A stretch of DNA of 64,000 nucleotides from positions 102,858,001 to 102,922,000 of the forward strand of contig NC_042999.1 in assembly GCF_006345805.1 (NCBI RefSeq). Direction: 5' to 3'. Source of the stretch: Octopus sinensis (lineage: Eukaryota). The position numbers were made by a program, and so were the translations under genes. Of the stretch, positions 42,396 to 57,780 are shown piece by piece; position 1 is the first letter of the stretch; the number at the start of each line of letters is the position of its first letter. Under the pieces are notes generated by a model. The model was not told where the DNA came from. It was given only the letters and a program-made list of their open reading frames with translations, and ran no database searches.

Positions 42396-42570
42396 TATCC
42401 ATCCATCCATCCATCCATCCATCCATCCATCCATCCATCCATCCATCCATCCATCCATCCATCCATCCATCCATCCATCCATCCATCCATCCATCCATCC
42501 ATACATCCATACATCCATACATACATACATACATACATACATACATACATAACATACATACATACATACA

Positions 42571-42602
<32 letters not shown>

Positions 42603-42672
42603 CATACATACATACATACATACTACATACATACATACATACATACATACATACATAACATACATACATACA

Positions 42673-42703
<31 letters not shown>

Positions 42704-42767
42704 CATACATACATACATAATACATACATACATACATACATACTACATACATACATACATACATACA

Positions 42768-42798
<31 letters not shown>

Positions 42799-42828
42799 CA
42801 TACATACCATACATAATACATACATACA

Positions 42829-42859
<31 letters not shown>

Positions 42860-43039
42860 CATACATACATACATACATAATACATACATACATACATACA
42901 TACATTACATACATACATACATACATACCTACATACATACATAATACATACATACATACATACATACATACATACATACATACATACATACATACATACA
43001 TACATACATACATACATACATACATACATACAACATACA

Positions 43040-43070
<31 letters not shown>

Positions 43071-44080
43071 CATACATACATACATACCTACATACATACA
43101 TACATACATACAACATACATACATACATACTACATACATACATACAATACATACATACATACATACATACATACATAATACATACATACATACATACATA
43201 CATTACATACATACATAATACATACATACATAACCTACATACATACATACATACATACATACATACATTACATACATACATACATAACCTACATACATAC
43301 ATACATACATACATAACATACATACATAACATACATACTACATACATACATACATACATACATACATACATACAACATACATACATACATACATACATAC
43401 ATAATACATTACATACATACATACATACATACTACATACATAATACATACATACATACATACAACATACATACATACTACATACATACATACATACATAC
43501 ATACATACATACATACATACATACATACATACTACATACATACATACATAACATACATACATACATACATACATACATACATACATACATACATACATAA
43601 TACATACATACATACATACATACATACATACATACATACATACATACATACATACATACATACATACATACATACATACATACATACATACATACATACA
43701 TACATACTACATACATACATACATACATACATACATACATACATACATACCATACATACATACTAATACATACATACATACATACATACATACATACATA
43801 CATACATACAACATACATACATACATACAACATACATACATACATCATACAACATACATACATACATACATACATACATACATACATACATACATACATA
43901 CATACATACATACATACATACATACATACATACATACATACATACATACATACATACTACATACATACATAATACATTACATACATAATACATACATACA
44001 TACATACATACATACATACATACATACATACATACCATACATACATACATACATACATACATACATACCTACATACATAC

Positions 44081-44111
<31 letters not shown>

Positions 44112-44288
44112 CATACATACATACATAATACATACATACATACATACATACATACATAACATACATACAACATACATACATACATACATACATACATACA
44201 TACATACATACATACATACATACATACATACATACATACATACATACATACATACATACATACATACATACATACATACATACATACA

Positions 44289-44317
<29 letters not shown>
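42396..44317. repeat. Very long compound microsatellite (CCAT)n then (TACA)n, ~1.9 kb
   Basis: Directly visible; scattered single-base dropouts. Confidence 0.97.
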
Positions 44318-44321
<4 letters not shown>

Positions 44322-44424
44322 GCATTCATTAATTAGCAGTCGTCCAAAAATGTCATCAACTACTATCTCCCTATGCGACACGACATTGTCGCAAAAAAAA
44401 AAAATATATACAATGCTATTCAGA

Positions 44425-45062
44425 GACAGACTTTACTTGAATAAAAATAGAGAACTCCCTGTTATTGAATACATACACGAATATTAACGCAAGGAATACT
44501 AGCGGGACATTTTCATCAATATATCTGTCGAGTATGAACATAACATGCCGAATATTGTTTGGGACAGACAAAAAAAAAAAATAAATAAAGAGTAGTGTCA
44601 TGGAGGTCATCTGTCCTGCTGATGTGAATATCTCTTTGAAAATCAAAGTGAAAGAGAATAACTGTGGACAGCTGCTTCGAAATCTCTAGTTTCCATATCT
44701 AGATTATAAATTCGCATTTATACCAATATTCATTACAGCACTTGGTTTTGTGAATAGTTACAATCTGGATAAACTGGTTTTTTTTTTAGAAAAACAAATC
44801 AATCCATTAATTCGCACATTACTAATGCAATTTGTAAGTGTCAGAGTAAAAAATATGCAAGACTTTCTTCGAATTAAAAATATGATGTTGCTTTGTTATT
44901 TACGTTCCAACGATAGAGCTTCATATCTTTCTTAGAAACCAACTCTTTCCACAGAAGAATTTAAATAATTAACAACAGAGAACATCCGCACATACATAGG
45001 CATATACATACATACATACATACATACATACATACATACATACATACATACATACATACATA
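44425..45062 (+). mobile_element. R4/Dong-like LINE 3' fragment (RLE endonuclease end) with (TACA)n tail
   Basis: 'EVICPADVNISLKIKVKENNCGQLLRNL*FPYLDYKFAFIPIFITALGF', homologous to 57258-57587; ends in (TACA)n. Confidence 0.7.
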
Positions 45063-45179
45063 CAGTACTGCAATAGGTTTTCCATGCTTAAACGCAACGG
45101 ATCCTCAGGGAACATTTTATCGCATCATATTACACGTAACTACACACACACATTCAGACGCATATATATATATATATAA

Positions 45180-45367
45180 TCAATCCAACATGAGCAAGCA
45201 AGAAAAAACAACAACGCAAGTACAGTGTTATTAGATGCTCAGGAAAGGAAAGAAAAGAAAAAGGATTTCACGTTTCGAGCGGAGCTCTTCATCAGAAATA
45301 TAGAAAAGGTCTAAAGAAGGGAAGACGGAGAAAGAAAATCGCCAACGATACACACGCGGTCACATAT
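45180..45367 (-). mobile_element. Short hammerhead-containing repeat between (TA)n tracts
   Basis: Flanked by (TA)n on both sides; resembles the element starting at 5838. Confidence 0.5.
45262..45300 (-). ncRNA. Minimal hammerhead motif (probably decayed)
   Basis: Reverse complement TATTT-CTGATGA-A-GAGC(TCC)GCTC-GAA-ACGT-G-AAATCC; G at the cleavage position is non-canonical. Confidence 0.5.
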
Positions 45368-45414
45368 TGATATATATATATATATATAATAATATATATA
45401 TATATATATTATAT

Positions 45415-45487
<73 letters not shown>

Positions 45488-46227
45488 TATTATATATATA
45501 TATATTATTCCTTCGAAATAATTTTTAACTTCGTTAGGAAAGGAGAGATCATTAATCAAGGTAGTTTTACTAAGGCTCTATGAATTACTATTGGGGAAAG
45601 CTAGAACTACTAATGCATTACCCATAGAGATAATTTAGAAATGATTAAAAACGTATAGAAAATAATCCTTTAACTTACTTTTTACATAACTTATGCTAAT
45701 ATCATAATTAACGTCATTTTCAAGATACTCAGGTATTAATGACGTCTTTCTTAAATTATATAATTTCATATTATTAATTTAAACCTACACACCACAGATG
45801 GTTTTGGTGAAATTTTCTAATTTAATGTGATTTAATGAATATTTTATGAGATTACAGGTAGAAATTCTTAGAAAGAACAACGTGTTATCGTTTCTAAAAT
45901 TTACTTAGTTCTTCTGTTCGACTCATGTGGATGATATCTCTTAACGTGTTGAATATTATCACCACCTTGTTGACAAAACTGATATTTTTCAGTCGATTAA
46001 CATAAAAGGAAAGGTTAAATGGCGACACATATATGATCTCCACATGCGCTTTGCAGAGATGTTGGAGCCAGATCAAACAGAATGTGTGAAGTGTTGTAAC
46101 GAAGAGAGGAAGTTTATTTCACTGATGTACAAAAATACACCCCCCAAAAATTTGAATGGCGTTAATTTTGTTATCCTAGAATGAAAGCCGCAACATCTGA
46201 AACTCAAGATTCACACACACACACACG

Positions 46228-46262
<35 letters not shown>

Positions 46263-46416
46263 GCACACACACACACACACGTACACACACACACGCACAC
46301 ACACGCACACGCACGCACACGCGCGCACACACACACACACGCACTCACACACACACATATACAAACGCACAATCATACAGTGATGCGTATATGTATATGC
46401 ATCATTGTGCTTGTTT

Positions 46417-47172
46417 GTACAGGCTGTTTCAAACGTCTATATCACATTCAAAGAACTCTTATATCATGAACTACAAATGGTAGCATGATTGAACTGTTAC
46501 CATTTTTAAAAGCTAAAAGTGTTAAGTTTTCTTCTGTTAATTTAATATTAATTTAATTCATTAAATCTAATTTTGTTTTTTGTCACTTTTTCAGTTCCAG
46601 CAATGTCATTCACAAAATAAGAGAAGTCATTTTGCATCCTAGAATACGCTAAAACTGAATCATGGACAAGTGTTCAATTCAAATTTCATACAACGTTTAC
46701 CAAGCAGGCACCAGACAGACGTTGTGTTTTTAATTGGCATGCAAAATTTAAGGTGGAGTGGTGTTTGTGCTTGGCAAAGAGAACAGGATGCCTCTTAAAT
46801 TTAGATGATACGGCTGAACAAGTTCGGCAAGCCTTCCCGGAACTTTAGCTCGCATCAACAACTGTTTGGCGCGTCTTGAGACGGCTGCAGTTCACACCAT
46901 ACAAGCTGAAATTGGTTCAACAGTTGAAGGACATTGATAAACCTATTCCACAGGGGCGTCCTGTTCTCTTTGCCGTGTACAAACACCCCTCCTCCTTAAA
47001 TTTTGCATACCAATTCAAAATGGAACATCAGTATGGTTCCTGCTTGGTAAACGTTATATGAAATTTGCGTTGAACACGTATCCATGATTCAGTTTTAGCG
47101 TATTCTAGGACGCAGAATGACTTCTCATGTTTTGTGAATGACATTATTGGATCTGAAAAGAGACAAAAAACA
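46417..47172. mobile_element. Tc1/mariner remnant with inverted duplicate of the transposase 5' region
   Basis: ~46575-46715 (+) and ~47035-47172 (-) are diverged reverse complements encoding 'MSFTKHEKSFCVLEYAKTESWIRVQRKF' (HTH N-terminus); 'LQFTPYKLKLVQQLK' lies between them. Confidence 0.6.
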
Positions 47173-47275
47173 AAGACTGAAACCGGAACCATAAGGTCGG
47201 GAAGCAAGCTTCTTACCACACGGCTACTCCTGCTCATATATATATATATATATACTATATTATAATATATATATA

Positions 47276-47334
<59 letters not shown>

Positions 47335-47362
47335 GTATATATATATATATGAGCAGGAGTAG

Positions 47363-48395
<1,033 letters not shown>

Positions 48396-48397
48396 TG

Positions 48398-48604
48398 TTA
48401 AATAAAATGAGACAACAAACCCTTCCTTTTCGAAAATAACTCCACATAATGAGCTCTAACATTTTTCTCTATTTAACCATCTCATATCGTCTCTGATGAA
48501 GGGATATCCCTAATATCCCAGAAACAGCTGTAAGACTAACTCTTCTTTCATAAATGTTCGGAAAATTCCACACAGCCTTGGCTTTGTTGTCTCATTTTAT
48601 TTAA
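48398..48604 (+). mobile_element. 207-bp hammerhead-carrying element with 22-bp perfect inverted termini (Penelope-like pLTR remnant)
   Basis: TTAAATAAAATGAGACAACAAA (48398-48419) / TTTGTTGTCTCATTTTATTTAA (48583-48604); abuts a (TG)n/(TA)n tract and contains the HHR at 48489-48536. Confidence 0.65.
48489..48536 (+). ncRNA. Type I minimal hammerhead ribozyme
   Basis: GTCT-CTGATGA-A-GGGATAT(CCCTA)ATATCCC-A-GAA-ACAGCTGT-A-AGAC: helix I GTCT/AGAC, canonical core, 7-bp helix II, palindromic helix III, GUA cleavage triplet (cut after 48532). Confidence 0.8.
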
Positions 48605-48742
48605 TATATACATGCTCATACAAGACCCGCATTAGACTCCTCACTCGCACCATTATCAAACCGACAGTTTAACTACGTTCCTTTCATATCACTTACATAG
48701 TGTTACCTGCCAACTTGGGTCTTCTAGATACCAATACATTTC

Positions 48743-48813
<71 letters not shown>

Positions 48814-50142
48814 CATACATACATACATAGGTATGCGTGTTGTATGTATGCGAGTGTGTGCTTTTTGAGGTTAATTTGATGTATTGCATTAATACATTGA
48901 ACAGCAAATTTACATGTTTTTAATGCAATAGTACATTTTTCTTTGAATGTCGAACTTGGAATGTACTTTTAGGAAATTACAGAGGATCAGGGAAAAAAGG
49001 CAAGAAAGAATTTAATGTAAGTGATAAATTAAGAACTGATGCCTGCCAATACATGAAATCCAAATTAGGACAATCGAACTGAAATAGTATGGGAGATCAA
49101 ATGAAATTATATCTTGAGAGAATGTGAAATAATACTATTTTTGGTACAGTGTATCTCGAAGTAAACAAAGCTAGAAATAATAGTGTATAAATACTGGGTT
49201 AAAAATCCTTTGAGATACACTGTTCCAGAAGTAAAATATGGAAGGTATTTTCCGTCTGGTAACCGTTTCTACGTTTGACTCAGTATATTCTATTCCAGTA
49301 TCAGTGAATCACTGAAGAATTTACAATAATTTGTTTTCGGCTCTGCAATGAAAAGAAAGCAATCATAAAAGAAAAACAATCAATGGCCGTTTTAGAATAA
49401 TTTTCTTAGGATAGATTGGATGTAATAAGGTGATTCAATATATGCTTACATACTTTATTTCAAGATCACAGTGACACAGTTATATTTTAGGTTAATTAGA
49501 AGCATCGTAACGAGGAAATTGAAAGAATATAAAAGCCATATAAGTCGATAATAAAAATGTTTCAAAATATTTCAAAACAACTCTAAATAACATTTTCATT
49601 TATATCTATACATGACATCATATATGAGGACGCATGGCTTAGTGGTTAAGGTGTTACACTCACAATCGCGAGATCGTGTTTCAATCCATAGACCTGGGTG
49701 GTGCGTTGTGTTCTTGAGCAAAACACTTCATCTCACATTGCTCTGAGATCACTTCGACACCTGATATGTGACACGCAGTGCACTTATTCAACCAGCGTCG
49801 ATTTGATGGAAGGAGAGAGAGCTAATATGCGGCACACACCTTTGATCACTATAAACAAATCATATGTGCAGGTCACTCGGCAATATACTGAACACTCATA
49901 TGTCGTCATCGACGGGAGAGACCATGACGTCCGCAAACGCGCGTATACATATATACACATATGTGTTATGCACACTCACACGAACGTACACATATGTATA
50001 CACACACATACACACATATATGAATATAGATACGCTACGGTAACTGTCGAAACCGATCGGTCAGTATAAGGATTTCTCGATCGGTGGTTGGGCGATTACA
50101 GTCCTCAGCATATATTATACAATTATGTGCTTTAACTACAGC

Positions 50143-50225
<83 letters not shown>

Positions 50226-51799
50226 TATATATATTAATTATATTTAAGTATATAAAAATTTTTTTATGTATTGGATTAAGTCTTTCTTTGTTTGATTTGC
50301 AAAATAGTGGTTTTGTCTCTAATTAATATTATATAATATTTTACTATAAAATTGGATTCAATCCTAAATCTGATTTTTCCCTGTAAATTTGGATTTATTC
50401 CCTAATATTTATTATATATATATATATATATGTAATCAGAGGGTTATTTGTAATGCCCGGTCTGAGGGTGACCATTAGTTTCGCACGTATAAAGCGCTTA
50501 GCTATATAGGCGACTTGTCTGACTCAAATAGCTGGAGGCAGATAACCTCTCTACAACTGGAGGGAAGAAAACGTCATGGTTAGTTAATTTTGTAAACAAA
50601 GAATTCTCGGAACGAAACTCTGCTGGTGTCGTCTTGGACAAAGAGGAGTTACCCCACTTGTATCGGGTCCTGCCGTGACAACAGTGACTGTTTTCGAAAT
50701 TGGTAAGAATTTCCTAGACTGCAGATGGAAAATTCCATATTTGCAACAGGAATGTCCTCTGATGAGGGCATTGACTCAACATCTCGGCTTTAGAGCTTAA
50801 AAGGCCTCGGGATTTCATCAAATAATCTGCTTACAGATTATTTGATGAAAAAGAGGTATGTGAAAAAATGTTTTTAAATCTGAAAATCTCATTTGTAAAA
50901 AGTGCTAACGAGGCGGGGTGACTGCGCTCATCGTAGCATAGGGAGAAGTCTTTTCAAGGCAGTAGGGTAAAACCACCCTCTAAAATAACCGGTAATACGA
51001 TTTTGAACGATGTATCTGTTTTCTGCGTTGACAGGGTTAATGACATCAATTCTGGTTTATTCTTGACTCTTGAAATTACCTTCTCTTCTTATTTGGATCG
51101 GTTGCAATTGCTGCTAGGCGTTTGTTTGCATTCTTTCAAAGTGAAGATAATTTCAATAAATCAAGAATTGATATTGTATAGAACTTCGTATAACTTTCTT
51201 TGTCTTTGTTTACCAAGTTGATGCCACTGGCTATGCAGATGTATTTCTCTTAATTTTTGTTTTAATTGTGGTAAATTTCTCTAAGCCATATTGTCTACTC
51301 TTTTTGTATATGGCTATGTCTTATGTTTGGTTGAAGACATGGTGGGATAACTGCTGTGCTGCTGGCATTATTGAAACTATATGGACTTCATATTACCTCG
51401 TGTATGAAGCTCTTTTGAAAAAAAAATACAACTCCTGATGAATTTATGTATTTTAAGTGTCTCTATAATACTAATAATCTTGTAGTTTTGAAAACAATCT
51501 CAAAATTTCCGCAGGCGCTGTGACATGGAGAAATATATATTTTATGGTTATATTCTTTAGAACATAGTAAATGTATTTATGCTGCTTTATATTTCAAATA
51601 AAATTCTACTGCGGTCGACTCTGCTTTCCGTCCTTATAGAAGTCAATATAGTAAAGTCCCAGTCAAGTCAAATATGTGAAAATCACGGGCTAAATTCCTT
51701 GTTAAATCTTGTTTCGTCACTCTAGGCTTTTAGTTAATATTCTGCTTTAATTATTGTTGAGTCTGACTCATGCGAGTCGATAACTGGAGTTCTAGCATC

Positions 51800-52017
51800 C
51801 TATTGGTTTTACATTTTGGCACAAAGCCAGTAGCACTGGGGGAGGAGTAAGTCGATTACGTCGACTCCAGTGCTCAACTAGTACTTATTTTATCGACTCC
51901 GAAAGGAAGAAAGGTAAAGTCGACCTCGGCGGAATTTGAACTCAGAATGTAAAGCCTGACAAAATGCCGCAAAACATTTTACCCGGCATGCTAACGATTC
52001 CGCCAGCTCGCCTCCTT
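51800..52017 (-). mobile_element. tRNA-derived SINE (family C)
   Basis: Reverse complement of the 30304 copy head. Confidence 0.75.
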
Positions 52018-53785
52018 GAAGTTCTAGTACCATACTGGATGTTGCTTCGGTCAATTGAAACAACCATTCCTAAGATGTCTTTTGTTACTTAAACCTTGTG
52101 TTGGTTGCCTGATAACAATTTGCTTCGTTTGAAGCTTCATTCCTCTTACAATGATTAAGGGTAATTTCTTACTGTTACCTCTGTTGTCATATATAATACA
52201 TTTTGTTCTTCACAAATTTTCTGCTCTGACATCCGAAGTAAATGGAAGAAATGAGACTTATTCCTAAAACTCCAACCATGTCACATTGTATTATACTGGT
52301 TCTTGTTGCGGATTTCGTTTCAGATATAGAATACTCAGCTACTTACACTATAATTCTATGAATAAACTGTTCTGTTGATTGAACAACTGAAATACTCATT
52401 CCCGATGCCGAATGAAATCCATTTCCTGAGAGACAACTAAAGCGATCATGCCCCTCTTCTAAAATGTGCTATGCTAGAGAGAAATAATTCATATGAAAAG
52501 AAATCAATAAATAAAATAAAGGAAATTTAAAACTAATCCTAAGTTTTAAAAGGCATTAAAACAATCTTTGAATAGTTAACTTGTGTCTTTCAAGCTGAAA
52601 TCATTTTAGTTTATGTATACATTCTCAGATCAAGAGACTTGCTACGCGAGTACATCTCCGTAAAATATACGTATTAATTACAATACAGCCATCCGTCACT
52701 AGCTAGCAAGCACAGTTTCTGGCAGGCATATACATCCTTGGCCCAGCCACACATCAAGTATCCGATAGCTGGAGGGAGAGAGGGCAGAACTCACAGTCGC
52801 TGGTTATGGCTGCTCATTTACAGCTGAATTGATTGTAGTTAATTGAAGCCAAGTGCCTTGGTCAAGGACACAACACGCTACTCGATCCAGGAATTGAACC
52901 CACGATCTTATAACCATGAACCGAATACGCTAAGCCACTAGTTCACGCGCTTTGCGTTATTATTGATAATGATAATTTATAGGTAAAAATTTTCACAGAC
53001 ATCTTTCTGATAATTTAAATGTGTTTTATACAGCGCTTGTGAGAAAAATGTTTACTCGGTTCAGTGATTTAAATTTTAATTCACCATTTCTGAGTTTCTT
53101 GAAAAAGCAGCCAAATTTTTCACATACCATACACACTAATCTAAAGAATGGAAGGATACATTAAATAAAAAAGAAAAAAAGATGTAATATTCTGAAAAGA
53201 AAATAATTATAAAAATGTGTATTCCGAAAAAAAAAAAGAACTGAGAAAAAGTTTCAAAGCTGTAAAATGATTTAAAGTACGTAAATATTTAAAATAAATG
53301 CATGCAATTAGATGTGTATAATTTTAATATTAGTTTCAAATAGCATGCGAGCTGATAGAATCGTTAGCACACCGGGCAAAATGCTTAGCGACATTCCGCC
53401 GAGCTCGACTTTGCCTTTCATCCTCTCGGGGTCGATAAAATAAGTACAAGTTGAACACTGGGGTCGATGTAATCGACTTGCCAACTTCCCGAACTTGCTA
53501 GCCCCGGCGCCAAAATTTGAAATCAATATTTGTTTCAAATAAACTTCGAGCAGGCACAAACAGGCAAAGAACAGGACTTGTGCCTCTAATTGAAAGAATA
53601 CTAAGTAGCATAGGCATATTTTGGGAGACGGTATAGTACTTCACTGGTACTTTTTCATTGACATAGGGAGAATGAAACGCAGAGTCAAAAGGACCCAAAG
53701 CGAAGTAAGTAAATAACATGCCTGACGTAATACCGATGTTACTTATCTACGATCATCTTATCGTTAGTTCAGCGAAATATAAAAA

Positions 53786-53866
<81 letters not shown>

Positions 53867-54409
53867 GAGACACAGAGAGAAAACACAGTTGAATAAGAGC
53901 ACACATTGTCAAAGAATGATGAGATAAATGCATTGAAAGGGTGGCTGTTTTATCTCATGCAGCTGAAATATATTTAAGAATATCTTTGTTAGCAAAGATA
54001 TATCGAATCGTAACAACTACAATTGATACCATATTAACTATTTATGTACACACGGACGGATACACACACATACACACACACACACGCACGCACATACACA
54101 CAAAATATATATACAAATCTGTCTGTCTCTATTTCTCTCTCTCTCTAGGTGTGGAGTGAGTTTGTGTGTGTGTGCACGTAGTGCCATCAAAAGTATTATC
54201 AACGACAGCAGCTACTACATCATAATCGTTATTGTCCACATACCTATTAACACTATTAATATTATCGCTGCCAATGCCAATTTTTATTAAGACACAGCTA
54301 CTATCACAGTTTTCATCCAATCAATGAGGAGATGGCACGCCTATTCTTTTTTCTTTTCCTTTCCTTTTTTGAGCTATCGACGACTGTTAGACTTTCACAG
54401 CTAAATGCA

Positions 54410-55352
54410 ATAATATTAAATCGCCCGATATTTTTTCGGAAATTTGGAGAGAACAAAAATATAATATCAAATCACCCAATATTTTTTCAGAAACTTGGAG
54501 AGAACAAAAGTATATTAAATCGCCCAATATTGTTTCGGAAACTTGGAGAGAACAAAAATATATTAAATCGCCCAATACTGTTTCGGAAGTTTGGACAGAA
54601 CAAAAATATATCAAATCACCCAATATTTTTTCGGAAACTTGGAGAGAACAAAAGTATAATATTTAATAACCCTATATTTTTTCGGAAAATTGGAGAGAAC
54701 AAAAATATATCAAATTACCTAAAATTTTTTCGGAAACTTGGAGAGAACAAAAGTATAATATTAAATCGCCCAATATTTTTTCGGAAAGTTGGAGAGAACC
54801 AAAATATATCAAATCGCCCAATATTTTTTCGGAAACTTGGAGAGAACAAAAGTATAATATTTAATCACCCAATATTGTTTCGGAAATTTGGAGAGAACAA
54901 AAATATATCGAATCACTCAATATTTTTTCGGAAACTTGGAGAAAACAAAAGTATAATATTTAATCGCCCAATATTTTTTCGGAAATTTGGGGAGAACAAA
55001 AATATATCAAATCACTCAATATTTTTTTGGAAACTTGGAGAGAACAAAAGTATAATATTTAATCGCCCAATATTTTTTCGGAAATTTGGAGGGAACAAAA
55101 ATATATCAAATCACCCAATATTTTTTCGGAAATTTGGAGAGAACAAAAGTATAATATTAAATTACCCTATATTTTTTCGGAAAGTTGGAGAGAACAAAAA
55201 TATATCAAACCAATCAATATTTTTTCAGAAATTTGGAGAGAACAAAAATATAATATCAAATCAGCCAATATTTTTTCGGAAAGTTGGAGAGAACAAAAAT
55301 ATATTATTAAATCACCCAATATTTTTTCGGAAATTTGGAGAGAACAAAAATA
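54410..55352. repeat. Minisatellite, 19 units of 48/51 bp with a 99-bp higher-order alternation
   Basis: Unit ~AATCGCCCAATATTTTTTCGGAAACTTGGAGAGAACAAAAGTATAATATT; the + frame is open throughout (ORF 54332-55366). Confidence 0.95.
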
Positions 55353-55792
55353 CTACGTGGCGCTAAGTCCCATTTGTCTTGTATCGTAGTTCTTTCAAAG
55401 TTTTTCTCACCGACTAAGATTCTGCGACTCAGTTCGTTTTAAGACTAATGCATTCGCCGTGAAAACTTGCATTCCAAAGTTTTCAGTCAATCGTTTCTTT
55501 CAGCAAAAAGTAAATCAAGACTTAGAATTCTGTATATCTGTTTGTTATTACCTGTTGTTCAAAAGATTACATAATACAAAGCAGTCATGACGTAATAAAA
55601 GATACAAAAATTTAAAGACATTGCATATTTTGACTCCGAACAGAAAGAAATTTAGTTACTTTTAAACTATTAATCTTAGCAAATACTATTTTATTTTCTG
55701 CATTGTTTGAAGTTATATTACTTATACTTCTCATGTTTAAATGTACAAATATATATTTTCCAATTAGCATGTATATTTTTTTTTCATTTCAG

Positions 55793-55956
55793 TTATCGAA
55801 ATTATAGCTGGTTTTGTGTACCAGTCTTCTTGCCTTTGGTAGGTTCTGTTCTGGCAGTGGCAGTCTACAACGGTTTTATTTGTATTCATCGTCCAGAGAT
55901 TTTAACAATCACAGCTGAATTCAGAGACCATCCAACTGCGACCACAGCTGAAATTG
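55793..55956 (+). CDS. Aquaglyceroporin exon (TM6 and C-tail)
   Basis: tttcag|T TAT CGA...; (S)YRNYSWFCVPVFLPLVGSVLAVAVYNGFICIHRP... matches AQP3-type 'WWWVPIVSPLLGS...VY...H'. Phase 2 entry fits. Donor G|gtattt at 55957; alternatively it reads through to a stop at 55982. Confidence 0.88.
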
Positions 55957-56059
55957 GTATTTACTATACTTTTATTTTTTAAATTCCTTTCACTCATTGA
56001 CTGCAACCATATAGGTGGGGGTTTTAGATGATTATAACATTTTTGTTGTTTTAATCTCA

Positions 56060-56094
<35 letters not shown>

Positions 56095-57299
56095 GCACGC
56101 ACACACGCACCCCCACGAATGTAGGGTGTTCCACAAAATGCATACTGGAAGTTTGATAGCGCAATCGAAGTGAGAGGACAGTTTAGGAGAAAGTTTGAAA
56201 GACCGTGGACATCAATGATCGCCACAACGCAAGAAAGTGCACTAGAGTTCTGCATATTGCCAGAACTCAAGGAAATATGCAGCAAGCAGGTCGTGATATA
56301 AGTATTTTAAAAACAAGTGATAATCACATTTTCAAGCTTTGTCATGGGAAATTGTGCATTGCAAAAGTAACCCCTATTTTCAATGAAAATGATCTGCATC
56401 GAAGAGTGATATTTTGCGAGGGGTACTGGGCCAAGATGCGAAAAAAAAAAACAACAAAAAACAAAACATTTTTCAGCAGATTGTCGTTTGGAGTGATGTG
56501 GACACATATTAAATAGCTTAATTAATCGCCACAGTTGCACCTATTGGAAACCTGAGAAACCGCATATTACGGAGGAATATCATGTTAATTTACCAGGAGT
56601 TACAGTATAGTGTGGATTGTCATCAAAAGGATTAGGCGAGTCATTCGTTTTAGACAGTGACTATTCCTATTTACTTGAACTTGCAGCAGCAATCTGTCAT
56701 GTAAAGCTTTTAAGAGGACTTTGAAGATATGAAGTTTTATTTCCGGCAAAAGGGGCACCTTCACACTACCACAGAAATGTAAAGAGCAACACCAATAAGA
56801 TCTTGTTCTACAGGTGTATTAGACGAAGAAAGTTCAGTAGAATGATTCGTGTTTTCAGCAGTTTGAAATCAGGCGTTTATAAAAACCTAAATCCTGTCTG
56901 TAGTGTCGATTAAATTTTGAAAATAAAACGTATTTTAATAAACAATGCCCTTATAATCATGCAATGCGAGTATACGTTTTTAGAATACCCTGTTCATGTT
57001 TATATATATGTGTATAAGTATGTATGTATGTCGTTCAGTTTTATTTCAAGATTTTTTGCTAATAGAGAAAGAGCCGGTTTCTAACCTAGATTCAAAGCTC
57101 CTTTATTGGAATTTCAACATCAACAACAACGGTATTTTTGTATGTATGTATGTATGTATGTATGTATGTATGTATGTATGTATGTATGTATGTATGTATG
57201 TATGTATGTATGTATGTATGCGTGCAGACTTGTATGTTTTACTTTATGTATGTATTCTCATATATATAGTTGTATATGTAGACATGCCATGCATATATA

Positions 57300-57780
57300 A
57301 ATGAAACATGTCTGGAAAGTTTTACAAAATTTTACAGTTGTAGTGATGGATTGGATCTGTTGTCTTCGAATTAGCTTTCTCCTTTCTGGTTTTGAGTAGC
57401 CTGATTTCTCAAGATTGGTATTTAGGCAGTGTGTTACATACCCCAGTAACCCAATAATTACAGTTATAAACCTGAACTTGTAATCTGGATAGAGTAACAG
57501 CAGAGTTCCCAATACTTCAGCATAGGTGTCCTCTTTTTCACTGATCTTCAGCTTTATGTTAACATCCGCTGGGCAGCTAATTTTCACAGCTGTGCACCGT
57601 TTCTTTTCTCTTTACCCAATATCAGGTCTGTTGTGCTTACATTTTATTGAAATCTTCACTGGAACATTACACCAGTACTCCTTTTTATTATGTGTGGCTA
57701 TGGGTTCTTATTTCTTTGTCCTTGGGATTTTATGTTTGACGGATTTCATTAAGGAGTGTCCTAGCTACAACATCATGGTA
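57300..57780 (-). mobile_element. R4/Dong-like LINE 3' fragment
   Basis: ORF 57258-57587 'ISCPADVNIKLKISEKEDTY..L..LYPDYKFRFITVIIGLLGYV' plus upstream 'HNRPDI' and 'WCNVP'-like RLE motifs; next to (TGTA)n at 57140-57220. Confidence 0.72.

Noticed and set aside
42311-44381. Many long ORFs rich in [16 protein letters not shown] here and throughout the window
   Set aside because: Translations of stop-free microsatellites, (TACA)n, (TA)n, (CA)n and (GA)n; no coding signal.
54410-55352. CRISPR-like array
   Set aside because: Units are contiguous tandem repeats without unique spacers; eukaryotic context and no cas genes.
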